Positions 48,410 to 58,387 are shown, counted from the first letter of the stretch. The stretch is DNA of 64,000 nucleotides from Bdellovibrio sp. (GCA_036677065.1 JAKFBS010000002.1:128001-192000); one strand, 5' to 3'. Notes: a model not told the origin generated them from the sequence alone. Numbers and translations: made by a program.

Positions 48410-48788
48410 CTTTACTTTAAACAGTGATGCGATCGCTTATTTGACCGCGTTGCTCAGTCCAGCCGCAGAATATTGAATCAACCTTTGTTTGAAAAAACGC
48501 TTTGTGTTAAAAATAATTAAGCCTAATTTTTAAGCCAACCCATAAGTTTTGTTTATGCCAGATAACACTTCTCATTATCTTTTGTGATGAAACCTAATTA
48601 TTTTGCATTAGGTGCCAACTTGGAACCCATTTGCAATTTCAGATCATTTCACTTTTTTATTATTACGTAACTCAGCGATTCTTTTGTTAAAAATTATTTT
48701 TGCCACTAGTTCCAAATTGGGTTTCACTTATTAGCAATCAGGATCTAAGTCCAGTAAACAAACATTATCCACCACGGAAAGAGGGATT

Positions 48789-50447
48789 ATGAAAATCATC
48801 ATGAAATCAGTTGTCGCATTAGTAGCCACAGTTGCAATGTGCAATGTTGCTTCAGCGAAGGATCGCTATCTTGTTATCTACAAAAGCCAACAAGGTTACG
48901 CAGCAATGAATCAATATATGTTAACAGAAGGTGTATCTTCATTAAAAGTTGAAGACTCTTTAGTTCACATCAGCGGTCAAGTTTTAGAAACTTCAAACGT
49001 TAACGCGATTAACGCTTTAAGAAATCACCCTGAAGTAGAAGTTATCGAAGCTGAAACTTTCAGACCATCTCCTAAGCCAATTCATGGTTTTAAATTAGTT
49101 AAAGCTGCTAAAACTTGGAACCAAGATTTAGAAGTTTCTGACAACTCTGATATCGATGCACAAGTTCCTCATTTAAATGAAGGTGTTTCTACTCCATGGG
49201 GTATCATGGCTGTTAATGCTGGTAACGCATGGGCAACTGCAAGCGCAGGTTCAAACGCACGCGTATTAGTATTAGATACTGGTATTGACCCAAATCACCC
49301 AGCATTAAAAAAGAACTTTGAAAAAGGCCGTAACTTTTTTCAATCATTTGATGGACCAAATCCAGAAGACTTCATCGATAAAGAAGGTCACGGTACTCAC
49401 TGTGCCGGAACAATCGCTGCTTCTTACAATGAAGCTACAGGCTTCACTGGTGTTGCTCCGCTTGCTAAAATCTTAATGGGCCGCGTGTGCGGTGAATTAG
49501 GTTGTTCTAATATCGCAGTTGCTCAAGGTATCAACTGGGGTGTTGAGCAAAAAGTTGATGTGATCTCTATGTCATTAGGTGGCCCATCGACTTCTTCAGC
49601 TGAACGTAAAGCTGTTCAAAATGCAGAAGCAGCGGGTGTTACAGTAGTTGCCGCTTCTGGTAACGGTGGAAACGCAGCTGTTTCTTTTCCAGCAGCTCTA
49701 CCAACAGTAGTTGCAGTTGGTGCGGTTGATTCTTCAATCAAAAAAACTAGCTTCTCTCAATGGGGTCCAGAATTAGACATCGTTGCTCCAGGTGCTGCGG
49801 TAGTTTCTACTGTACCACAAGGAACTGGCCGTGATTCAGTCACTGAAATCACTGTTGATGGCACAGCTACTTTAGTTAAATCTGCAGCGTTTTCTGGAAC
49901 AAAATTATTTCCAACGGCTAAGTTAGGTGAGTTAGTTCCTGCAGGTCTTGGTAAAGTAGAAGATTTCGCAAAAGTAAACGTTGCTGGTAAATTCGCATTA
50001 ATCAGCCGCGGTGAAATCGCTTTCGCTGAAAAAGTTAAAAATGCATTAGCTGCTAAAGCTATCGGTGTAGTTGTTTACAACAACACGACTGGTTTAATGC
50101 AAGGTGCTTTATCTGAAGATGGTACTGAATTAGATGTAGCTGTAGTTATGATCGAACAAACTGTTGGTCAAAAACTTGTTGAACAAATCACTGCTGGCCA
50201 AAAAGCATCGGCGGCGATTTCAACTTCGGCTTCTGACTATGCCATGTTTGACGGAACATCAATGGCAACTCCACATGTTGCTGGTGTTGTAGCTCTTATC
50301 AAATCGGCTAACAAAAAATTAACTCCTGTCCAAGTTAGAACAATCTTGGGAGCGACTGCTTTAGCATTAGCACCTAACGATGCTAACCAATACGGTAAAG
50401 GTTTAGTACAAGCTGATAAAGCTGTGAAAATGGCTGTTGGTCAGTAA
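48789..50447 (+). CDS. Secreted subtilisin-like S8 serine protease with propeptide and PA domain
   Basis: VLDTG, HGTHCAG and GTSMATPHVAG triad. PA insert ALISRGEIAFAEKV..A...A.GVVVYNN. Confidence 0.95.
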   Translation: MKIIMKSVVALVATVAMCNVASAKDRYLVIYKSQQGYAAMNQYMLTEGVSSLKVEDSLVHISGQVLETSNVNAINALRNHPEVEVIEAETFRPSPKPIHGFKLVKAAKTWNQDLEVSDNSDIDAQVPHLNEGVSTPWGIMAVNAGNAWATASAGSNARVLVLDTGIDPNHPALKKNFEKGRNFFQSFDGPNPEDFIDKEGHGTHCAGTIAASYNEATGFTGVAPLAKILMGRVCGELGCSNIAVAQGINWGVEQKVDVISMSLGGPSTSSAERKAVQNAEAAGVTVVAASGNGGNAAVSFPAALPTVVAVGAVDSSIKKTSFSQWGPELDIVAPGAAVVSTVPQGTGRDSVTEITVDGTATLVKSAAFSGTKLFPTAKLGELVPAGLGKVEDFAKVNVAGKFALISRGEIAFAEKVKNALAAKAIGVVVYNNTTGLMQGALSEDGTELDVAVVMIEQTVGQKLVEQITAGQKASAAISTSASDYAMFDGTSMATPHVAGVVALIKSANKKLTPVQVRTILGATALALAPNDANQYGKGLVQADKAVKMAVGQ

Positions 50448-50506
50448 TACACTACCCAAATTTAGGGTAGTTCATGGATGAATAACTCTTTCTAGATATA
50501 AAACTT

Positions 50507-50547
50507 AAAAACCCAAGGTGTTAAAGCCTTGGGTTTTTTTATTTTTT
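50507..50547. terminator. Intrinsic terminator (bidirectional)
   Basis: AAAAACCCAAGG-TGTTAAAG-CCTTGGGTTTTTTT between convergent genes. Confidence 0.88.
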
Positions 50548-50558
50548 GATTTTATTAT

Positions 50559-50957
50559 TTATTTATACTGTGCTGGAAATGACGAGCGAAGTATAAGTTC
50601 TACCTGGCCATCAGTGGTCATTACATTACCTTGATCATTCATAGAACAGGGCACTTCCCAAGTTCCTTCTTCGTCATTAGGGTCGTCGTAAATCAATTTA
50701 CCTGATGCTGAAACTCCTAAAAGATTATATTCCAAAGCGTATTCACTATTTTCATAATTCATCTTACCAGTCACTTTTCCATGAGTGTAACTTACAGATA
50801 CAACCGACACTGCGCCGTCATCACCCACATATTTCCATGTGGTATTCATAGCTTCACCTTTAGGAGAGTTGCCGACGTTTTCAGTCGTGCATTTTTTTGC
50901 GTGAGCCAAAGTTGAAAGTAATAAGATCGACACTAATGTAATGATTTGTTTTTTCAT
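50559..50957 (-). CDS. Small secreted hypothetical protein
   Basis: Start moved to MKKQII (signal peptide ending AHA). Sigma54-like TTGGTACGCCGGCTGCA at 50986-50970. Confidence 0.65.
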   Translation of the reverse strand: MKKQIITLVSILLLSTLAHAKKCTTENVGNSPKGEAMNTTWKYVGDDGAVSVVSVSYTHGKVTGKMNYENSEYALEYNLLGVSASGKLIYDDPNDEEGTWEVPCSMNDQGNVMTTDGQVELILRSSFPAQYK

Positions 50958-51088
50958 ACAGCTTTGAATTGCAGCCGGCGTACCAACTGCAATTCGGCTC
51001 AGAACCAATAAATAACAACCTAGCTGTCCAAGAAAATTCGAGTGACGAAAATTGAATTACAGCCGTCTCACTTCGAGAATTAGGAATT

Positions 51089-51143
51089 AGGTAGGCCGTT
51101 ACTTTTTGGGATGCAGTGCTCCCCAAAAAGTAACGGCCTACCT
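51089..51143. repeat. Perfect 22-bp inverted repeat with 11-nt loop
   Basis: AGGTAGGCCGTTACTTTTTGGG ... CCCAAAAAGTAACGGCCTACCT, immediately after the stop of the 51145-51750 gene. Confidence 0.9.
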
Positions 51144-51144
51144 T

Positions 51145-51750
51145 TTAAAGCATGATTGATAAAGTGAACGATAGATCTGTGGAATCGATTTTATCGAAGT
51201 AAGTATCAACTTCTTTTCCTGAAGTGTATCCAGCGCCTTCGATTTCTTTGAATTGATTGATGTTGTATTGAACGCCAAGGCCTACGTATCGAAACGGAAA
51301 AAACATCACGCCGGCCGTGTAGGTGTGGCCTGATAAGGTAAACCCTGGAAGGCTGCCTTCATCTTCAAATTTTAATTTGTTAAGCGGCGAGTAGCCCAAA
51401 TAAATTTTCATCGCGTTCATTGCGCTGACGCCAACTTGAAAACCTGCAATTGTGTGAGTGAATTTCGGTTTGTCTGTTTCGTTTCCTTCGATTTTGGCTT
51501 TGCCAGACATTTGCTCGCCCGCTAAGAGTAGGCTTACTCCAGCAGCTGATGTTACGCCGATTTTTAGACTGGCTACGGGGCCCGTCATTGAATACTTTGT
51601 TAAATCTTGTGATAGGTCAGTCAGTTTTAAAGATTCTTCTTTATAACCGATTCCTGGTTCGATAATGAATGCGCCTGCGGCTTTTGCTTTTGATGTAATT
51701 CCTGATGTCGTCACTAGCAAAACTAAAGATAAGATCGCCTTTTTGTTCAT
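51145..51750 (-). CDS. Outer-membrane beta-barrel protein
   Basis: Signal peptide, IEPGIGY start and amphipathic beta strands. Confidence 0.7.
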   Translation of the reverse strand: MNKKAILSLVLLVTTSGITSKAKAAGAFIIEPGIGYKEESLKLTDLSQDLTKYSMTGPVASLKIGVTSAAGVSLLLAGEQMSGKAKIEGNETDKPKFTHTIAGFQVGVSAMNAMKIYLGYSPLNKLKFEDEGSLPGFTLSGHTYTAGVMFFPFRYVGLGVQYNINQFKEIEGAGYTSGKEVDTYFDKIDSTDLSFTLSIML

Positions 51751-51863
51751 AGGATATTGTTCCTTGTTTTGGTTGTGGTTTTAATTCATTTTAAGCCATT
51801 TTTTCGAATGAAATGAGCAATAAATTGCGTCTTTCACATATCTTAGACTATAGTCGAAAGCCT

Positions 51864-52355
51864 ATGTCATACGTCGCTGAAAAATTGAACTATCAAAACA
51901 AAACTGAATTTTATCAAAAATTGAACGAAGAATTGAAGCACAATTTGGATAAACATTGGTTCACAAATCTATCGCAATTTTCAGCGCTAGTGTTTGATCA
52001 ATTGCCTGATGTAAATTGGGTGGGTTTTTACCTAAATGTCTCTAACGAGCTGATTCTAGGCCCTTTTCAGGGAAAACCCGCTTGCATGAAAATCAATTTC
52101 GGCCGCGGTGTATGTGGCACTTCAGCGCAAAAACGCGAAGCGATTTTAGTTGATGATGTAGAGGCCTTTCCAGGACACATTGCTTGTGATTCAGCTTCGC
52201 GTTCTGAAATTGTGGTTCCGTTAATACAAAATGATGTGGTCTTAGGCGTGCTGGATGTGGATTCGCCGTCACTTAAGCGCTTCACGCAAGACGACGTAAC
52301 TGGACTAAAGTTGCTGGTCAGTACGCTGCTAAATACGACGACAATTAGACTCTAG
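51864..52355 (+). CDS. msrC: Free methionine-R-sulfoxide reductase (GAF domain, fRMsr/YebR)
   Basis: NWVGFY, LGPFQGKPAC, GRGVCG and HIACDSASRSEIVVP. All three conserved Cys are present. Confidence 0.9.
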   Translation: MSYVAEKLNYQNKTEFYQKLNEELKHNLDKHWFTNLSQFSALVFDQLPDVNWVGFYLNVSNELILGPFQGKPACMKINFGRGVCGTSAQKREAILVDDVEAFPGHIACDSASRSEIVVPLIQNDVVLGVLDVDSPSLKRFTQDDVTGLKLLVSTLLNTTTIRL

Positions 52356-52380
52356 TCTAGAGCATAATAGGCGTGCTTTT

Positions 52381-52388
52381 ACCGATAA
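52381..52388 (+). promoter_or_regulatory. Sigma28-like -10 element
   Basis: ACCGATAA 6 nt before the ATG at 52395. No clear -35. Confidence 0.5.
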
Positions 52389-52394
52389 GAAAGC

Positions 52395-55106
52395 ATGTCA
52401 ACAGCATTAAAAACACAAGTTAAAAAAAGCGATTACTTATCTGAATTACGTTCGATGTATCATTCACTTGATACTGAAGAAAGATTCAAATCGATTCATC
52501 AATTAGCGCAAGAAAAAAATTCTGATTCCACGCGCGAATTGATTCATATTTTTAATGAATGCGGCTGGCGCGAAACCAAGTTTCAAATTTTAAAATCCAT
52601 CGTCGCAAATCCTGATCTGCGCTGTTTAGAGTTCTTATGTGCGCAAGCGCAACAGACTGAAGACATTCCGTTAGCCGAAGCAGCACTTCAAGCCCTAGGC
52701 GATACAAAAAGTATCTGGGCTGCAAGATTTTTATCTGAGTTTTATAAATTTGCCCCTGAGACATTAAAACCAGCCTGTGCACTGGCTTTAGGTAAATTAT
52801 CAGACCGAAGACTTTTGCCAGAATTTTTACATGATTTAGATAAAGCCTTTAAATTGCAGCAAACATTGTTAGTAAAACATTTAGTGCTAGCATTAGGTGA
52901 ATTAAAAGCTCAGGCGGCAATTCCTATGCTTGTAACTATTGCTAAGAATAAAAATTTTCGTGATGTGGCATTAAGTGCAGTAGTTAGTCTTGGAAAAATT
53001 GCTAAAGATACGAAAGTATTTAACGAGTTAGAACAATATTTTAAAAATGATTCTTTTGAATATCAGATTTTTCAGGCAGCAAAAAGCCAATGCCAATTTA
53101 GATCTGACTGGAAATTAGAAGATTATTTAAATAAAATCATTACCCAAGGCTCATTTCACCCTGCTTTGTTATTAGAGTTTAATTCGTTTCCGGTAGCTGA
53201 TGTCAAAGCAGCTCTTGATATGTTGGCAGAAGATGAATTAAGCCCAACGTTATTTCAGATCTTAGCTAAGATTGAGTTTCCAGAAGTTGTTGGTTGGTAC
53301 AAAGAATACAGTCACTTGGTGAATGAAAAGAACCAAGAAGAATTTTTATTAAGCTTAAGTTCGCATTCAAAAACAGACTTATTGCAAGTTTTAGAAAAGT
53401 ATTCAGATATTAAAAATAAATACTTTATCAAAGCGCATTTATTAAATTCGGCTAACCCTGAGCCAGAGCTTAAAAAATTCATTTTGTCTGACGATTTTAA
53501 AAATGTTTCAGAAACAGAACAGATTCAAATTTTAAATGATTTTTATTATTACTTATTAGCTTATAAGCCGAATGAAAAATTATATAACCAATGTTTAAAA
53601 ACTTTAGAAGGCTTTGCGATTGATGGCAAAAGCTTAAAGCCAAAAGCTTTAGGCCGTATGATTCGTCTGTTTGGTCAATTAGGGTATTCAAGTCCTAAAT
53701 TAAACCAATTTGTTTTCACTAAACACACTGATCAGCGTAAAAGCTGCTTAGTGTATTTCGAAGCCCAGGCGCAAAGCTATTTTTGGGCTGAAGCCGTACA
53801 GTCTCCGGTATTTACCAAAAATCCTGATTTTGAAGAAGATGACATCAATGCTGTTTTGAAAATTTTAATCAATGGTAAAGAAAATCCATTCGCTGAAAGT
53901 AAATGGACTGACTTTTTGAAAACTGCTGCTGCTGATAAATCTGAAAGCACACAAATCTGGTTTTTAAAACTGATCGCTCAGTTTAAGCCTGTGGCGTACA
54001 AAGAGCATTTATTAAAATTAGCTAAAAGCCAAAACTATATTGTGCAGTTTCATGTGATCATCGCTTTGAAAAGCTTTGGCGATGAAACGTTATCTGATCA
54101 AATCGCGGTATTTTTAAGTTCGAAATCAAAATCAATTTCTGGCCGCGCCCTAGATGCGATGTTAAGTTTACCGGGTAATCGCGCTAAGCGCTTAGTATTT
54201 GAGTATTTTAGTGAACATTACACAACACCTGGTGTGGTTGAAAAAATCGTTAGATCATTTAAACCACCAGAAAATGACACAGATTATTTTGCGGTTCAGT
54301 CAGCAAAGATCGTGGCTCACTTAGAGCAAAGTGAACCAGACTTTCAATCCTTGCCAATGCTGCGTGAATTTAAAGATCAATTGGCGGTTCATCAAAAAAG
54401 TTTTTCGAAGCTAAAATCAACACCAACTGATGCAGATATCTTAGCGATTGATTATGAAATCGAAAAAATGATTCCGTCTTATAAGCACTTTGATGAGGCT
54501 TCTAAAGCGGCATTACGTTCGGCTGAAGTCGTCTTTAAACATCCAGAGCTATTTGATGCCTTCGTGGATAAATCAAGTGTAGTGATGGGCTATAGTAAAG
54601 CGATTGATATCGTTTTAGAAAAACAATTAGGCCGTAAGATTTTATTTCCAAAATTAGAAGCAAAATTAAATGAATTTCAAAATGTGGTGCATTCATTAAC
54701 CTTAAACGAAGATTATCCGCAGGGCGAAAAAGTTTTAAAACTTTTACAGCTTGAAAAACATTTCAGTGTGCAATCATTACCAGTGCATAAAATGGGATTA
54801 GTTTCTCAGGGCATCATGAATTCTAAAATCATCAATGAACACTTTAAAATCTTAGACGGCTTACGTGCGTGGGCTGTTATGCTTTTAGTGTTTGCCAGAA
54901 AGTCTTCGGCTTTAACTAAGCCATTGATCTCGGTGGTTGATGATGAGCAAAGCTGTATCTTACTAGCGAAAAAACTAATGTGGCTTCAGGATGTTAGAAA
55001 TCCGATTGCTCACAGACAAACTGTGGTTGAACACAAAGATGTGGAACAGATCCGTGAAGAAGTGTTCCAGATTCTTAAGTTAATGAATAAATTATTATTT
55101 TACTAA
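52395..55106 (+). CDS. HEAT-repeat protein with putative C-terminal HEPN-like domain
   Basis: Repeated A..ALG.L helical units. The C-terminal about 200 aa has YSKAIDIVLE and LQDVRNPIAH. Confidence 0.75.
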   Translation: MSTALKTQVKKSDYLSELRSMYHSLDTEERFKSIHQLAQEKNSDSTRELIHIFNECGWRETKFQILKSIVANPDLRCLEFLCAQAQQTEDIPLAEAALQALGDTKSIWAARFLSEFYKFAPETLKPACALALGKLSDRRLLPEFLHDLDKAFKLQQTLLVKHLVLALGELKAQAAIPMLVTIAKNKNFRDVALSAVVSLGKIAKDTKVFNELEQYFKNDSFEYQIFQAAKSQCQFRSDWKLEDYLNKIITQGSFHPALLLEFNSFPVADVKAALDMLAEDELSPTLFQILAKIEFPEVVGWYKEYSHLVNEKNQEEFLLSLSSHSKTDLLQVLEKYSDIKNKYFIKAHLLNSANPEPELKKFILSDDFKNVSETEQIQILNDFYYYLLAYKPNEKLYNQCLKTLEGFAIDGKSLKPKALGRMIRLFGQLGYSSPKLNQFVFTKHTDQRKSCLVYFEAQAQSYFWAEAVQSPVFTKNPDFEEDDINAVLKILINGKENPFAESKWTDFLKTAAADKSESTQIWFLKLIAQFKPVAYKEHLLKLAKSQNYIVQFHVIIALKSFGDETLSDQIAVFLSSKSKSISGRALDAMLSLPGNRAKRLVFEYFSEHYTTPGVVEKIVRSFKPPENDTDYFAVQSAKIVAHLEQSEPDFQSLPMLREFKDQLAVHQKSFSKLKSTPTDADILAIDYEIEKMIPSYKHFDEASKAALRSAEVVFKHPELFDAFVDKSSVVMGYSKAIDIVLEKQLGRKILFPKLEAKLNEFQNVVHSLTLNEDYPQGEKVLKLLQLEKHFSVQSLPVHKMGLVSQGIMNSKIINEHFKILDGLRAWAVMLLVFARKSSALTKPLISVVDDEQSCILLAKKLMWLQDVRNPIAHRQTVVEHKDVEQIREEVFQILKLMNKLLFY

Positions 55107-56428
55107 TCAGCTAAAATGTAAGGGCGAAGAGTTTCAGCGCTGCCATCAAATGAAACATTCGTCGTTACGCCTAAGATCTCCATAACAAACGGGTAGATAT
55201 CAGTATTGCTAAACTCAGGGATACTTGCTCGGCGTTTAGTGATATGGCTTCCGGCTGCGATAAACAGGGCGTGCATTGATTTGTTAGTTGTTGGCCAGCC
55301 ATGTGAACCACCGCCTACGCGATATGGTTTTTCTGGATTAAAATTACGGTCAGTCATGTAATGACCCGCTTCAGAGACGACGAAGATATCACCTACGCGG
55401 TCAGTGTTTGTTAAGTGGTATTCGGTCGGAATATCGGCGCGAAGGTACACTTTGTAGTTATTTTCTTTAGCTTTTAAATCCTGGTAAGTTTTAGCAATGC
55501 GGGCTTCGTCGTCATGGTAAAGCATAACGGCAGCACCTTTATCGCTCCATTTAAAGCCTGATAAGTTAGCCTTGTCGCCTAAGAAAATAATTTTATCTTG
55601 ATAGTTCGTTTGCATACCGTGATCTGAAACAAGCACTAGGTTGATCGGTAAATCAGAGGCGCGAATAAAATCCCATAAGCGCCCAATTTCGCGATCGACT
55701 TCTAAGACGGCGTCTTTAACTTCTTTTGAATCTGGGCCATTGGCATGCCCGGCAGAATCGACAATTGAAAAGTATGAATTGATGTAATGCGGGCGTTTTT
55801 CAGCAGGTAATTTTAACCATTCCATCACCACATCAACTCGTTGAGCTGATGTCACTTTACTGCTGTAAGGTGCATAGCAAGTCGGATCTTGGCCGTTCAC
55901 ATGAACTTCGTTAGCCACCCATTGGTTCGTGTGTGCGATCATTCCGCTTTTTTCTACGACATTCCAGATCGGTTCACCTTGATACCAAGTTGCATCTGAA
56001 GATGTGTCGCCGAAAGCATTGTAAGTTTCTTTTCTTTTTTCGTCGTAAAAGTAATTACTTAAAATACCGTGGTTAGTTGGTAGGCGACCAGTCACTAAAG
56101 TGTAATGGTTCGGAAAGGTGTGAGTAGGGTAACTTGGAAGCATACCCCGAGAATAAATACCTTCTTTGGCGATTTTTTTCAAATTCGGAGGATTGATTTT
56201 TTGCATGTAATCAGCGCGAAAGCCATCAATTGAAATCATGATCACGATCGGGCGGTCTAACATGGTTAAAGAATTTTTGTTATCAGCACAAGTTAAGTTA
56301 AGTGAAGCTTCGCGAAGTCGAACGGCTTCTTCAGGTTTTGGAGTTTCGCTCTTATTGCAGGCGATTAAAGAAACTGTTAAAGTGAAAATTAATGAAACGG
56401 CACTCGTCGCGCGTGTGAATGTTTTCAT
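55103..56428 (-). CDS. Nucleotide pyrophosphatase/phosphodiesterase (alkaline phosphatase superfamily) lipoprotein
   Basis: ISIDGFR, PTHTFPNHYT (Thr nucleophile), DSAGH, SDHGM and GSHGW. Lipobox LIAC. Confidence 0.92.
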   Translation of the reverse strand: MKTFTRATSAVSLIFTLTVSLIACNKSETPKPEEAVRLREASLNLTCADNKNSLTMLDRPIVIMISIDGFRADYMQKINPPNLKKIAKEGIYSRGMLPSYPTHTFPNHYTLVTGRLPTNHGILSNYFYDEKRKETYNAFGDTSSDATWYQGEPIWNVVEKSGMIAHTNQWVANEVHVNGQDPTCYAPYSSKVTSAQRVDVVMEWLKLPAEKRPHYINSYFSIVDSAGHANGPDSKEVKDAVLEVDREIGRLWDFIRASDLPINLVLVSDHGMQTNYQDKIIFLGDKANLSGFKWSDKGAAVMLYHDDEARIAKTYQDLKAKENNYKVYLRADIPTEYHLTNTDRVGDIFVVSEAGHYMTDRNFNPEKPYRVGGGSHGWPTTNKSMHALFIAAGSHITKRRASIPEFSNTDIYPFVMEILGVTTNVSFDGSAETLRPYILAD

Positions 56429-56543
56429 AATCTAACTCCCCTCAAAGCTAAAATATTAACCAAATCTAGGCTCATCTAAACCTAGATCTTGGTCTGCATC
56501 AAGAGTAATGGGATGCGTTAAATTATTGTGTTAACGTTAGTAA

Positions 56544-57791
56544 CTAGTACGGTTGTCTTTGTTCAGAATTTCCTAAATCCATTGCCATAGTTAGCGCAAT
56601 TTTAGAAAAAAGTTTAGCATGCTCAAAACTCATCACCGGGCTAATAACATCCTGTGGAGTATGGATACTTTTGAAAGAAGAGTCGAATTTAGACTCTGTC
56701 GGAAACAAAGTCGGGAAGCCTTGGCGGTGCCATGAAGCATGGTCACTGCAGCCATAACCACATTGGTCTTCTTGAACAGTTGCGTGAAAGTAAGTGTTAT
56801 TCGCAGCCACTAAATAGTCACGTAACCAACGACTGGTGAAATCAGTCATGCTGGCAATTTTTAAAACTCCGTCGCCAGGAAACATCGTCATATCTAATTG
56901 AAGAACAGCGATGATATCTTTTTGCTGAGCTTTGGCTTCTTTTGCGATTTCAGCAGAACCAAGTAAGCCAGACTCTTCGCCGGCGTACCAGTAAAATTCG
57001 ATCGTTCTTTCAGGTTGCGGTTGTAAAGTTAAAACACGTAAGGCTTCAACTAAAGCTGAAGAACCAGAAGCATTATCATCAGCACCCGGAGCTTTTGAGC
57101 CCATACCCATAAATCCAGAAATTGAATCTAAGTGACCACCTAGAACAATAATCTCTGACGGGCGAGTAGAGCCTTGGATAGTCAGCTTAATTGATTTTTG
57201 TGGCGTTGATTTGTGACTAACCGTTTCGATATTGATTGGGTAGTTAGCTTGTTTTGCGATCTCGGCTAAGCGATCCATAAATGGATTGATGTGGTTATTC
57301 GGGTTTGAACCTTTATTATAACGTGTCGGAAAAGCAGATAAGAATTCAACCGTATTGCGAATTTTATCACCGCTTAACTGTTCTAAAGCTTCAGAGATTT
57401 CGGTGCGTGCTTGTAAGTCTTCAACTTGAGAGAACGATAAAACTTGGTTTCTTTTGTGATATGTATTTAAAGCTTCAAGCTGTTCGCGCACCGAAGCTAG
57501 ATCGCGAGGTATTTCATCTAAGGCTTCGAAGTTTCCGCAACGGCCGTTAGCATGAGCTAGTTCTGAAAGTTTACCTTCAGACGCTGAATTCAACACCGCG
57601 TAACCAACTCCAGTTTCTTCATCTTTATAAAGCACCGGAATGTTAGCAGCTTGTAATAGCTTAAGATCCGCTAATACAGGCTTAAATACAAGAGGGTCGC
57701 CGTGTTGGCCGTGGGCATTTAAGATCGGAGTTGAGTTGAAAATTGTAAGAGTGATAAGTGATGTGGCAATTAGGCGAGTGGTATTTTGCAT
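56544..57791 (-). CDS. Secreted M28-family leucyl aminopeptidase
   Basis: GGHLDS, PGADDNASG, AGEESGLLGS, QLDMT, CGYGCSDHASW and IHT motifs. Confidence 0.93.
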   Translation of the reverse strand: MQNTTRLIATSLITLTIFNSTPILNAHGQHGDPLVFKPVLADLKLLQAANIPVLYKDEETGVGYAVLNSASEGKLSELAHANGRCGNFEALDEIPRDLASVREQLEALNTYHKRNQVLSFSQVEDLQARTEISEALEQLSGDKIRNTVEFLSAFPTRYNKGSNPNNHINPFMDRLAEIAKQANYPINIETVSHKSTPQKSIKLTIQGSTRPSEIIVLGGHLDSISGFMGMGSKAPGADDNASGSSALVEALRVLTLQPQPERTIEFYWYAGEESGLLGSAEIAKEAKAQQKDIIAVLQLDMTMFPGDGVLKIASMTDFTSRWLRDYLVAANNTYFHATVQEDQCGYGCSDHASWHRQGFPTLFPTESKFDSSFKSIHTPQDVISPVMSFEHAKLFSKIALTMAMDLGNSEQRQPY

Positions 57792-57881
57792 AGATAAATA
57801 TTAGCTGCGATAATTTCACGAAGCAGCATTTTCACTCTTGAATCTTGCAATTCTAGACTAAAGATAGTGAGCGTAAAAACA

Positions 57882-57897
57882 TGGCACGGTGATTGTA
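57882..57897 (+). promoter_or_regulatory. Sigma54-like promoter
   Basis: TGGCACGGTGATTGTA upstream of 57944. Confidence 0.6.
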
Positions 57898-57943
57898 ATA
57901 CCTTATGTGAGCGCCTTTCAAAGGGCGTTTATTTGGAGGACGT

Positions 57944-58387
57944 ATGACGAAGTTTCTGACAGTGATGACTATTTTTGGTCTTTTCGCGTTTAAAAGCTAT
58001 GGGTTGAATATAGATGATTTAAAAAATCTAGCTGAAGCGATTGCTCAATTCAAACAATCGGTGCAAACGATGGAAGCCGTGTATGACAAGGGTGTGATTA
58101 AAGCTGATCTGGTAGCGCTTAAAAAAATCAACTCAAATACCGCTGCAGTTTTAAAGTATTGCCAAGTGATCGAAACGAAATTTCAGGCAAAAGCTCCAGA
58201 AGTTTTGGCGCGTAAACAAGAAGCTAGAAACCGTGCTATTGAAAAATCTGAAAGTTTATTAGATGCTTCAGATGCAGATCTGCGCGCAGCCCAAGTTGAT
58301 TTCGTTCGTAGTTTAGAGACAGCTAAATACTGCTTGGGCTTAACAAGTCAAATGGCAGCATCGATTCGCGCCTCGATATCTCAATAA
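57944..58387 (+). CDS. Secreted alpha-helical hypothetical protein
   Basis: Signal peptide, GGAGG RBS, two KYC motifs. Confidence 0.7.
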   Translation: MTKFLTVMTIFGLFAFKSYGLNIDDLKNLAEAIAQFKQSVQTMEAVYDKGVIKADLVALKKINSNTAAVLKYCQVIETKFQAKAPEVLARKQEARNRAIEKSESLLDASDADLRAAQVDFVRSLETAKYCLGLTSQMAASIRASISQ

